Shown: piece after piece, positions 1 through 10,286 of the stretch
Layout: each line of letters opens with the position of its first letter
Position numbering within the stretch: the stretch's first letter is position 1
Assembly (NCBI GenBank): GCA_051294375.1
Contig: CM119268.1
Span: 24,106,549-24,143,934 of the forward strand
DNA: 37,386 bases
Reading direction: 5' to 3'
Source of the DNA: Paraspadella gotoi
Lineage: Eukaryota; Animalia; Chaetognatha
Translations under genes and position numbers: made by a program
The notes under the pieces: generated by a model
Database searches by the model: none
The model's input: the letters and a program-made list of their open reading frames with translations, nothing else
What the model was told of the DNA's origin: nothing

Positions 1-35
<35 letters not shown>
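1..35. repeat. (ATG)n microsatellite, truncated by the window edge
   Basis: About 11 perfect ATG units at the window start. Confidence 0.95.
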
Positions 36-38
<3 letters not shown>

Positions 39-348
39 TTGCGGTTTTCTTATTTTTGATACACTTATCATAAAAATATTTAAAAAAGAATTATACTTTG
101 TGTAGACAACTTTTTATGAGCTATCTGAATCTGTTCTTAAAATTTAAAAATTCCCCCAAAAAATGTTGGCCTTTCCTATCTATGAATAAATATTAAAAAA
201 ATAATTACTAGAGTATAGAGCCATATTAGAATTTTTTTGTCAATTGAAAGTATTCTTAAAATGTTTAAATATTCGTTTATACATGTACTCATTCTAAACT
301 TTTGACCCATCCCATTGAGTTAGGCTACCCCTATCAGGAGAGAGTTCG

Positions 349-451
349 TCTCACTTCTTTTCACTTCTTTTCTTCTTCTTTCTTCTTTTTTTCTCACTTC
401 TTTTCTTCTTCTTTCGTAGTTTCTTCTCTCTTCTTTTCACTGCTTTTCTTC
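349..451. repeat. Pyrimidine-rich low-complexity tract (TCACTTCTTT/CTT-like units)
   Basis: Nearly purine-free run with recurring tcacttctttt and ttcttcttc units. Confidence 0.8.
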
Positions 452-461
452 TGAGCCACAC

Positions 462-800
462 CCAATGCGTCAGACATCAATTATCTGCCATCTTCGACAT
501 TCGATTCATCGAGCGCAAGGCCGTTATGGTAGCGGAAGCAAAGGCCCAGAACCTGAAGGATCATCGGGACCTTCAAAAATTTCCTCGTTGGTCGCAACGG
601 TCAATGCAGTTAGTCCCCAAGGCGTCGATTTCGCCGTTTTATCCGGCGACCCGAGGTTCAACGAGGAGCTCCAGCGACTCCTGGTGGACGCCCACACCAG
701 CCTGCGATTCAAGATAGTTCGCCTGAACGACTTCGACATCTGTGATATCAGTTCAGGCAGGGCGCGCCCCTTGGTTCCCACAATTTGGCGCCGTCCAGTC
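462..800 (+). mobile_element. Degenerate Ty3/gypsy LTR-retrotransposon pol fragment (RNase H end to pre-integrase linker)
   Basis: GC-rich island in AT-rich DNA. The ORF end VNAVSPQGVDFAVLSGDPRFNEELQRLL..TSLRF..ICDISSGRARPLVPTIWRR resembles the gypsy segment just before the integrase zinc-binding motif (CDxSTGxxRPxVPxxWRR). Another frame at ~463-520 reads QCVRHQLSAIFDIRFIE, like the RNase H C-terminal RQxRxLxxI..DIxxI motif. Recognised from memory of the family, not by search. Confidence 0.6.
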
Positions 801-960
801 TACAGATCTGCTTAAAAAAAGTTTAAACTTTGGACACCCTACTTTCTCGCTTGTCTGACGTCCTATTAATTAAAACTTGGATTCATTTGAAAGCCAAGAC
901 AAATCTCTTTCATTCGAGCCCATGACGAAGTTTTTTGGCTATATATTATAGAAGCTGTTC

Positions 961-1783
961 TTTTTAGTCGAATCTGCTTTTAGCAGATCCCGACTCTATA
1001 ATTCACTTTGTCGGTCCATCATTCCGTCCCCTCAATATTGTTGGGCACTCACTTATATCATGTTAGAACATCGAACTATGATAAATTATGCAAAAAAAAA
1101 CGATGTCCGTTCATCCATCCGTCCATCTGTCCGTCCCACCTTAGCAAAAAACACCAATTACTCGAGATTGGATGGATGGATTGGAATGAAATTTTGTGTG
1201 TGGGTAGGAAAGTGTGTGATTGAGCTGGATATGAAGTTTCGATGGAATCGTTCAAGTGAAAATAAGTTTAAATGGAAAAAACAAAAAAAAATATTTCACT
1301 ATTTGAACACCAATTACTCATGAGTGGATGGGGCGATTGACTTGAAATTTTGTATTGGGTAGAAAAGTGTGAGATTAAACTGGAAATAAAGTTTTGATGG
1401 AATCGTTTGAGTGGAAATGAGTTTAAATGGAAAAAACAAAGAACCTTTTTCACTAATTGATTATTCTTCTTTTTCTTTTTCTTTTAAATGTAAATGCAAG
1501 ATGTATTAATTAATCAAATAATTAATCAGTTAATTAATCAATTGGTCAATTAATTAATCAATAATTAATTAATCAGTCAGTTAATCAATCAAAACAAACA
1601 TTTCTGTTCAAATTAATTAATTAATTGCCTAATCAATTAAATAATAACTTATTAATTAATTATAAATAATTAAATAATTAATTAACTTTAATTAATTATT
1701 AATTAATATTAATTAATTATTAATCAATTAATTACCCATAATGATCGTTGGCAGATCCGACATTGTTTGCTCAAATTTGTTTT
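961..1783 (-). mobile_element. Helentron-associated (HINE/DINE-1-like) non-autonomous element, copy A
   Basis: Reverse complement of 10952-11731. It has a terminal hairpin (AGTCGAATCTGCT..AGCAGATCCCGACT, 966-995) next to a T run, a (GTCC/ATCC)n microsatellite at ~1105-1137, two ~155-bp internal tandem units (~1151-1307, ~1308-1460) and an (AATT)-rich tract. Confidence 0.6.
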
Positions 1784-1797
1784 TGTGTTATTTTATC

Positions 1798-2038
1798 ATG
1801 GAAATTTCAAAAAAGCTAAACCCCAAAAAGAAAGCTGCGATTTATGAGCTTTGGAAAGCGGGTTTGTCAATATATAGGATCGCCAAACAGTTAAATTTCT
1901 CTCCTACAGCTGTCTACAGAGTAGTCAACAGATTCGAAGGAACTGGACTCATGATTTTTTTTATTGTATGAACGTTTCGCAAGAGATAGAATCAGTGCCT
2001 CTCGAAAACCCGGACGTTAAACGCTTTTAACACAGCGT
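1798..2038 (+). pseudogene. Tc1/mariner-like transposase N-terminal helix-turn-helix remnant
   Basis: MEISKKLNPKKKAAIYELWKAGLSIYRIAKQLNFSPTAVYRVVNRFEGTG fits the paired-like HTH of Tc1/Tc3 transposases. Downstream ..SRKPGR*TLLTQR resembles a broken GRPR-type linker. No DDE domain is present. Confidence 0.7.
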
Positions 2039-2056
2039 AGGTGGTTTTTAATCTCA

Positions 2057-2110
2057 CATTGGTGGCGGAGGCAAGTCATTCGCCTCACAACCCAAAGGTC
2101 CGGGGTTCTA
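2057..2110 (+). mobile_element. Truncated tRNA-derived SINE head
   Basis: Near-identical to 2288-2341; stops inside the B-box (GGTTCTA). Confidence 0.55.
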
Positions 2111-2282
2111 CAACAACACTTTCAAGCGACATGCTTCAACCTGGCAATACATTTTTCGCCAACAACACAACTTGGTGACGAACTTTCTACCAACAACAAC
2201 AATTCAGTGTAGAGACGCCACAGATTTCTCCTTATGGGAGGGGGAGATGTATGGTGGACTAAAATCCACCAACAGTTCATCA

Positions 2283-2450
2283 GCGGCCATTGGTGCCGGA
2301 GGCAAGTCATTCGCCTCCCAACCCAAAGGTCCGGGGTTCTAGCCCGGTAGTCGCCTAGCAGTTAAGAGGGACGGGGTGCTTAACCCGCCTGTAACATGAT
2401 CCGAAGCTCAGGGACTGCTTATATTGAACGGTTCAGTCACTAACACATAA
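2283..2450 (+). mobile_element. tRNA-derived SINE (tRNA-Val-like head plus short body); 3' end approximate
   Basis: TTCGCCTC(A/C)CAACCCAAAGGTCCGGGGTTCTAGCCCGG resembles the tRNA-Val anticodon-to-T-arm segment with a B-box-like GGTTCTAGCCC. GCGGCCA (2283) can pair imperfectly with TAGTCGC (~2348-2354) as an acceptor stem. Confidence 0.55.
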
Positions 2451-2848
2451 CAATTATTACTGTCTCTTCATTAGTGAGCCCGACTTCCAAACACAACACA
2501 ACAGCAACAACAACACTTTCAGGCGACAACTTTAAAAATTTATCATCACATAAATTCTTTGATCAATTGTCAAAACAAAAATACTATCTCTTTTGAACTT
2601 TACATTGTGTCAACAAAAATAAAAATAAACATGATAATGGAGATACCAAAAAAAACTATGAACTCTTCTTTCCGGTAGTTCTTTTAACATAATCACCTAA
2701 CCAATTTGAGACAGCGCTCATTTGTCAAGTGACAGTACGTTTCAAACATTTCGAGATTTTTTAAAAAACTCANNNNNNNNNNGAGATGCCATAATCTTCT
2801 TCTTTTTCTCTCATTTTATCTTCTCTCTTTTCTTTAATCTATTTTTAG

Positions 2849-5480
2849 CTATGTTGTCTACGGTCCACTTCTCAATGGTGCAACAAGCGTCATTTTTGAA
2901 GGAGTTCCTTTCTTTCCTGATGCTGGAAGATTTTGGTCAATTTGCGAAAAGTACAAAGTCACAAAGGTGCGTAGCTCTAGGGAGACATATTTTAATGATT
3001 AAAAAATGAAATTTCTTAACAGAAATTGTAATTAGTGTAATTATATTTGGATTGTACCTTAATTTTTTAAAAAGCACATATTCTTTCTGCACTTGACAGT
3101 TTTACACTGCCCCGACTGCAATTCGTGCCCTCATGAAATTTGGCCCCGAGTGGGTCAGGTCACGTGACCTCGACAGTCTCAAAGTCCTTGGGTCAGTGGG
3201 AGAACCCATTAACCCAGAGGCTTGGTTGTGGTATCACAGAGTTGTGGGTGGAGAAAAATGTGCTATAGTTGATACATTTTGGCAGGTGAGATAAGAAATA
3301 AATACAGGGACTTCATTCTGGACCGATATTAAAATATTTGATTAAACTCGTAATTCTTTTTCTGTATATTATTTTTATAACATTTATTAGTTAGAAAACT
3401 GTTCAAATTACTTAATAATATAATCACAGAGGCTTTTCACTTTTATTGATTTTTTCCTCCAAATATTAACAATTTTTAACAATTTAACAAGTATTAATGA
3501 TGATTGTGAAGTTCTTTGACATAAAAATAAAAATCTTTGGTGATAATAGTCAGTTGGGTGATTTTTTATTATAAAAAAAATTCTCATGTAAAACCTAACT
3601 TATTTATTATGGTAACTATTATCTATCAACAAAATCGTCTTTCGTAATTTTTGTTCCCCCAAGCTGAAATTTTTATTTTTAATAGATTTTCAAAAGAAAA
3701 CGTGATTATTATTATCATATTATTATATCATTCATAATATAAAAAAATGAAATTTTATTCTGGTTTGTGATACATTTACTATACTATCTTATTAATCATA
3801 AATATGAAGCATGAAACAAAATTAAATTGTTTTAATGGAAACTGAAGGATTGATAGTAAGATCCACTTTCAAAGTAAAAATTACAAATTAAAAAATTTCT
3901 TCTTCAGCAATTCAGGAAAATGTTTATAACATAGCATTAGAAACTATCGTAGGGAGCATGTTATGAATTGGTGAAAAAAAAGTCTCGTATTTTTCTATTA
4001 GAACAAACATTTTTTTTATATTTTCGGTATATTTTCTTCTTTATATTACAAGTTTTTTTTATCAGTACCTGTAATCAAACATTTGAATAAACAAGAATGG
4101 AGTTTTCAATGTGTTGCGCCGCAGGACTTTCAATTTCTATGTGAATTTGAAAAATTAGCGTCTTTTGTTTCTTATAGTTTTAAAGATTTCCTTAGTTCTG
4201 AGGTTTTTTCCTGAATTAACAAATGAGCAACCAACTATAGGCAAATTGTATGAATTTTTGGACATTTGGATATTTTGGGACCGACTGACGGACAGACAGA
4301 CCGACCAAAAAGTGACTTATAAACAATTCATTATTAAATATTCAAATCAACTTCTATTTAACAGACTGAAACCGGAGGACATGTCCTAACCCCTTTGCCT
4401 GGTGCCACGCCTACTAAACCAGGCAGTGCCACCTTTCCTTTCTTTGGTGTTGTTCCTTTTATACTCGATGAAGAAGGAAAGGAAATAGTTGGAGAAGGTC
4501 AGTGTTGCTGTTTGCTGTTGATGTAGTATCTTTTGTATTTACTGCTCTTTACCCTTTTGCCCTTCTTTTGTTCTGGTACAGGCGAAGGCTACCTCGTTTT
4601 TGACCGACCATGGCCAGGAATCATGAGGACAGTACATGGAAACCATGAGCGATTTGAGGAGACCTACTTTAATAAGTTTAAAGGATTTTACTGTACAGGA
4701 GATGGAGCGAGGCGTGACAAAGGTAATTCATGATGATCATGATGATGATCGCAATGAAAATAATCTTATCCCTTTACAGATGGCTATCTCTGGGTTACTG
4801 GGCGAATAGATGACATGATGGAACTGCTCTGGAACACCTCATGTCCACAGCTGAGATGGAGTCTGTCTTGGTCGCCCACGAAGCCATAGCGGAGGCAGCT
4901 GTTTGTCTCAAGACCTCACCAGTCAAGGTGAACCAATACTATTTTTTTAACTATTCTTTTTCCTGACCTTGGAATGCTTATCCTATCTACCTACCTGCTC
5001 GCCTGCCTTCATCCCTGGCTTGCCTGACCGCCTGCCTGTCTGCCTGCCTGCCTACCTGCATGTCTGCCTCTTTTTTAACTCTAATTCTAATTTCCCATAC
5101 ACCAAAACTATGTCAACCTCCTTTTACAGGCGAGTGCGCCATGCCTTCGTCACCCTCAAGGGAGGGTCGCACTTTTGATGCTTCGTTATCATCTGAACTC
5201 AAGTCTTTGGTCCGCTCGAAGATCGGACCTTTTGCCTAGCCAGACTTTGTACAGGAGGCACCGCAGCTGCCAAAGCAAGAAGCGGAAAGATTATGCGTAG
5301 AAGTTCTAAGAAAGGTAACTTTGTATAAGATAACTTTAATGAACCAATTAAAAATTTAAAAAGATGTTTTTATGATAACTTGTTTTTCAGATTGCCATTA
5401 ATGATCGAGATTTGGGTGACATTTCAACAATGGCAGATGAATCTGTGGTTGAGCTACTATTTAGTCTTAGATTATCTTAA
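2849..5480 (+). CDS. ACSS2: Acetyl-CoA synthetase, cytosolic ACSS2-type; 3' seven exons, first assembly copy (5' exons lie outside the window)
   Basis: GT-AG exons 2849-2966, 3100-3285, 4365-4497, 4582-4722, 4780-4927, 5130-5314, 5391-5480. Translation: [91 protein letters not shown]../[33 protein letters not shown]../[11 protein letters not shown]../[10 protein letters not shown]. Clean up to ~4815, with indels after that. Confidence 0.93.
3303..3945 (+). mobile_element. TA-flanked MITE-like element in ACSS2 intron (left TIR retained)
   Basis: Starts TA|CAGGGACTTCATTCTGGA. The interior 3535-3945 aligns by eye with 16005-16387, whose end TCCAGGTTAAAGTCCCTG|TA is the reverse complement of this TIR with few mismatches. 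Confidence 0.6.
4270..4321 (+). repeat. Short fragment resembling the 3' subterminal part of a HINE-like element
   Basis: GACCGACTGACGGACAGACAGACCGACCAAAAAGTGACTTATA resembles ..GAACCGACAAAGTGAATTATAG at 11682-11705. Confidence 0.45.
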
Positions 5481-5833
5481 GTGTTAAAAAATATTGGTGT
5501 CTCAATTAAAAAAATGCATTATTTGCTTTTTTATGTATACCAGATTTTATTTGTTAGATTTATTCAGATCTATCTTTCTTATTTTTAAGGGTGACAAATA
5601 TTCACTTAAATAAATATTTTGGGTTTTTAGATTATAAAAAATATTTCATGCATCTTAATTTAATACACTTTAATTTTTCCCCATTCTTTTTATATTTTCA
5701 TAAAAATTGATATCGTGTTTGTAATATTTTTATCCTAGTAAAAATTTTAAGAGCTAATACAAACAATAAACTGTGTTTGTCACTATAAAAAGCTTGGACT
5801 CCTTCTCACCTGACAACAATCATACTTTGCAAC

Positions 5834-6390
5834 ATGCTTCCCTCCTCTGATCTAACCCCAGCTAACTAACACTTACCAGAAGCCACCACCACTTCCTGTT
5901 CCACCTCTCAGGCAGACCTTGGATGGCCTACTTAGAAGGTTTGGGGGTAATTGTAAAGATGAGAAGGTGGAAAAGACAAAAAGGTGGGTGGAGGAGTTCA
6001 TGAATGGAGATGGACCAAGGTAAGACTTATTTTTTAAAGTTTAGTTGGAGAAAATACTTCAAATACTTTGACATTGAATTTAGGTTGCAACAAAAACTGG
6101 AAACCAAATGTTCAACTCAAGAAAATTGGATCAATGATTGGTGGCTTGATGATATGTACCTGAAGGTAAGAAAACAGCTTTGATGGTTTATTGTACTTTT
6201 ATGCAAAGAAATGCTCACTAGGCCCATTTATTTAAATAATTTAACTTTTTATTTCACTTAGGTTCGTCATACTCTTCCAGTCCATTCTAATCCTGGGATG
6301 ATTATTTCCCGGGAAAACTTCACTTCAATAGAAGATTTAATCTCCTTTGCAGCAAAATTAGTTGCTAATCTCGTGGATATAAAAACATCA
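5834..6390 (+). other. Redundant, error-containing copy of ChAT exons 1-3 (probable assembly duplicate)
   Basis: Near-identical to 10287-10843 including introns, but with scattered 1-3 nt indels; the copy runs into a 25-N gap at 6523. Confidence 0.8.
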
Positions 6391-6522
6391 GTAAGAAAGA
6401 GAGAAGAAAGAATAGTTGTAGTGGGGAAGTCTTGACCAATGTCAAATACTTTTCACGGTCTTTCAAATTTTATAGTAGGTAAAAATTAGACCGGTTGAGA
6501 TTTTAAAAAACAGTGTTGAGCA

Positions 6523-7085
6523 NNNNNNNNNNNNNNNNNNNNNNNNNGTGCAGAAGCAGGAGGACAGGATAAAAATAGGTTCGGAGATAATGCGAGGTGG
6601 GACTTTGTTTCGGGTTCGTATGACCGCGGGGATGTGTGAGGCGGGATGCGTAGTATTCCATTTGTCTAGTCTACGCTCTCTCTCTTTCTCTCTTCTCGCT
6701 TTTGTTTTTGTCTTTGCTTTTGTCTTGTTTTTTTTGTTGTTTGTTCGTTTGGTTTCTTTGTTTGTTATATGTTTGTTTTCACGAGACGTACCGGGCTCCC
6801 ACGCTGGTGGAACCGTGCAAGCGTGAAGTCGGGTCACGACGTGAAGAATTGGATGTTAGCTGTTGTAGTCCAAGCAACGTTGCCAGCGACGAATGCTAAC
6901 AGTCAAAATGCTCACGGATGCTGAATAGAACGCGTTAGGTTACAATGGTACTCTTACAAGGTCAACGTTTTGACCATAAAGGTCAGCCGTTGCACCATAA
7001 AGTAAGTGGGGAAATGAAGGCGACGGTAAGGTTCGGTAAGGTCATGATGTTTGAAACAGGTTGCGTGTTCTAGATGTTCCGTCCC
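6523..7085. other. 25-N gap followed by unalignable sequence (probable low-quality long-read end)
   Basis: Exactly 25 Ns (6523-6547), then ~540 bp of atypical composition that merges into a noisy copy of ~2660 onward. Confidence 0.7.
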
Positions 7086-7288
7086 ACAAACTACTTCTTC
7101 CCGAGAGTTCTTTTAACATAATCACCTAACCAATTTGAGACAGCGCTCATTTGTCAAGTGACAGTACGTTTCAAACATTTCGAGATTTTTAAAAAACTCA
7201 TTATTTTTGTTACTAGTTTTTATTCGAGATGCCATAATCTTTTCTTCTTCTTCATTTTATCTTCTCATTTTTTTATCTTATATTCTAG

Positions 7289-9935
7289 TTAGATTTCTAC
7301 GCTCCATTACTTGCTATGGTGCTAACGGTGCACAGCCCGGTCATTTTTGAAGGAGTTCCTTCTCTTTCCTGATGCTGGGGATTTTGGTCTTGCGAAATAG
7401 CAAAGTCACAAAGGTGGTGGCTCTAGGGAGACATATTTTTAATGATTAAAAAATGAAATTTCTTAACAGAAATTGTAATTATGTTAATTATATTTGGATT
7501 GTACTTAATTTTTTAAAAAGCCATATTTTTCTGCACTTGACAGTTTTTACACTGCCCCGATGCAATCTCGTGCCCTCTATGGAGAATTTGGCCCCGGTGG
7601 GTCAGGTCACGTGACTCTGACAGTCTCAGTCTTGGGTCAGTGGGAGAACCCTTTAACCCAGGGCTTGGTTGTGGTACATCAAGAGTTGTGGGTGGAGAAA
7701 AATGTGCTATAGTTGATACATTTTGGCAGGTGAGATAAGAAATAAATACAGGGACTTCATTCTGGACCGATATTAAAATATTTGATTAAACTCGTAATTC
7801 TTTTTCTGTATATTATTTTTATAACTTTATTAGTAGTTAGAAAACTGTTCAAATTACTTAATAATATAATCACAGAGGCTTTTCACTTTTATTGATTTTT
7901 TCCTCCAAATATTAACAATTTTAACAATTTAACAAGTATTAATGATGATTGTGAAGTTCTTTGACATAAAAATAAAAATCTTTGGTGATAATAGTCAGTT
8001 GGGTGATTTTTTATTATAAAAAAATTCTCATGTAAAACCTAACTTATTTATTATGGTAACTATTTCTATCAACAAAATCGTCTTTCGTAATTTTTGTTCC
8101 CCAAGCTGAAATTTTTATTTTTAATAGATTTTCAAAAGAAACGTGATTATATTATTCATCATATTATTATATCATTCATAATATAAAAAATGAAATTTTA
8201 TTCTGGTTTGTGATACATTTACTATACTATCTTATTAATCATATATATGAAGCATGAAAACAAATTAAATTGTTTTAATGGGAACTGAAGGATTGATAGT
8301 AAGATCCACTTTCAAAGTAAAATTACAATTAAAAAATTTCTTCTTCAGCAATTCAGGGAAAATGTTTATAACATAGCATTAGAAACTATCGTAGGAGCAT
8401 GTTATGAATTGGTGAAAAAAAAAGTCTTCGTATTTTTCTATTAGAACAAACATTTTTTTTATATTTTCGGTAATTTTTCTTCTTTATATTACAAGTTTTT
8501 TTTATCAGTACCTGTAATCAACATTTGAATAAACAAGAATGGAGTTTTCATAATGTGTTGGCGCCGCAGGACTTTCAATTTCTATGTGAATTTGAAAATT
8601 AGTGTCTTTTGTTTCTTATAGTTTTAAAGATTTCCTTAGTTCTGAGGTTTTTTCCTGAATTAACAATGAGCAACCAACTATAGGCAAATTGTATGAATTT
8701 TTGACATTTGGATATTTTGGGACCCGACTGACGGACAGACAGACCGACCAAAAAGTGACTTATAAACAATTCATTATTAAATTATTCAAATCAACTTCTA
8801 TTTAACAGACTGAAACCGGAGGACATGTCCTAACCCTTTGCCTGGTGCCACGCCTACTAAACCAGGCAGTGCACCTTTCTTTCTTTGGTGTTGTTCCTTT
8901 TATACTCGATGAAGAAGGAAGGAAATAGTTGGAGAAGGTCATGTGTGCTGTTTGCTGTTGATGTAGTATCTTTTGTATTTACTGCTCTTACCTTTTGCCC
9001 TTCTTTTGTTCTGGTACAGGCGAAGGCTACCTCGTTTTTGACCGACCAGGGCAGGATCATGAGGACAGCAGTACATGGAACCATGAGCGATTTGAGGAGA
9101 CCTACTTTAATAAGTTTAAGGATTTTCTGTACAGGGGGGATGGAGCGAGGCGTGACGTGGTAATTCATGATGATATGATGATGATCGCAATGAAAATTCT
9201 TATCCTTTACAGATGGCTATCCTCCGGTTAAGCTACTGGGGCGATAGATACAGATGAACTGCTCTGGTAACATCATGAGACTGCTCTGGACACCTCATGT
9301 CCACAGCTGAGATGGAGTCTGTCTTGGTCGCCCACGAAGCCATAGCGGAGGCAGCTGTTGTCTCAAGACCTCACCCAGTCAAAGGTGAACCAATACTATT
9401 TTTTTAACTATTCTTTTTCCTGACCTTGGAATGCTTATCCTATCTACCTACCTGCTCGCCTGCCTTCATCCCTGCTTGCCTGACCGCCTGCCTGTCTGCC
9501 TGCCTGCCTACCTGCATGTCTGCCTGCTTTTTTAACTCTAATTCTAATTTCCCATACACCAAACTATGTCAACCTCCTTTTACAGGCGAGTGCGCCCATG
9601 CCTTCGTCACCCTCAAGGAGGGTCGCACTTTTGATGCTTCGTTATCATCTGAACTCAAGTCTTTGGTCCGCTCGAAGATCGGACCTTTTGCTCAGCCAGA
9701 CTTTGTACAGGAGGCACCGCAGCTGCCAAAGACAAGAAGCGGAAAGATTATGCGTAGAGTTCTAAGAAAGGTAACTTTGTATAAGATAACTTTAATGAAC
9801 CAATTAAAAATTTAAAAGATGTTTTTATGATAACTTGTTTTTCAGATTGCCATTAATGATCGAGATTTGGGTGACATTTCAACAATGGCAGATGAATCTG
9901 TGGTTGAGCTACTATTTAGTCTTAGATTATCTTAA
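7289..9935 (+). CDS. ACSS2: ACSS2-type 3' exons, second assembly copy (noisy before ~9285, clean after)
   Basis: Same exons and introns as 2849-5480. The clean final exons 9586-9770 ([47 protein letters not shown], with the catalytic/acetylated Lys motif PKTRSGK) and 9846-9935 ([29 protein letters not shown]) are intact. Confidence 0.85.
9436..9527. repeat. Imperfect (CCTG/CCTA)n microsatellite in ACSS2 intron (also at ~4980-5070)
   Basis: cctacctgctcgcctgcc..gcctgcctgtctgcctgcctgcctacctgc. Confidence 0.8.
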
Positions 9936-10286
9936 GTGTTAAAAAATATTGGTCTCTCAATTAAAAAAATCATTATTTGCTTTTTTATGTATACCAGATA
10001 TTTATTTGTTAGATTTATTCAGATCTATCTTTCTTATTTTTTAAGGTGACAAATATTCACTTAAATAAATATTTTGGGTTTTTAGATTATAAAAAATATT
10101 TCATGCATCTTAATTAATACACTTTAATTTTTCCCCATTCTTTATATATTTTCATAAAAATTGATATCGTGTTTGTAATATTTTTATCCTAGTAAAAATT
10201 TTAAGAGCTAATACAAACAATAAACTGTGTTTGTCACTATAAAAAGCTTGGACTCCTTCTCACTGACAACAATCATACTTTGCAAC
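9936..10286 (+). promoter_or_regulatory. 351-bp ACSS2-ChAT spacer with candidate poly(A) signals, an unpaired splice-acceptor-like site and a TATA-like box
   Basis: AATAAA at 10064-10069 and 10219-10224, TTTTTATCCTAG at 10181-10192, TATAAAAA at 10238-10245. There is no ATG between 10193 and 10287. Such motifs are common by chance in AT-rich DNA. Confidence 0.4.

Noticed and set aside
820-960. Possible further DNA-transposon end (..TTTGGACACCCTA..)
   Set aside because: No matching partner TIR was found in the window; too short to support.
2283-2355. Functional tRNA-Val gene
   Set aside because: The D-arm and anticodon stem pair poorly, the two local copies differ at the anticodon position, and the context is a repeat cluster. 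A SINE head is more likely.
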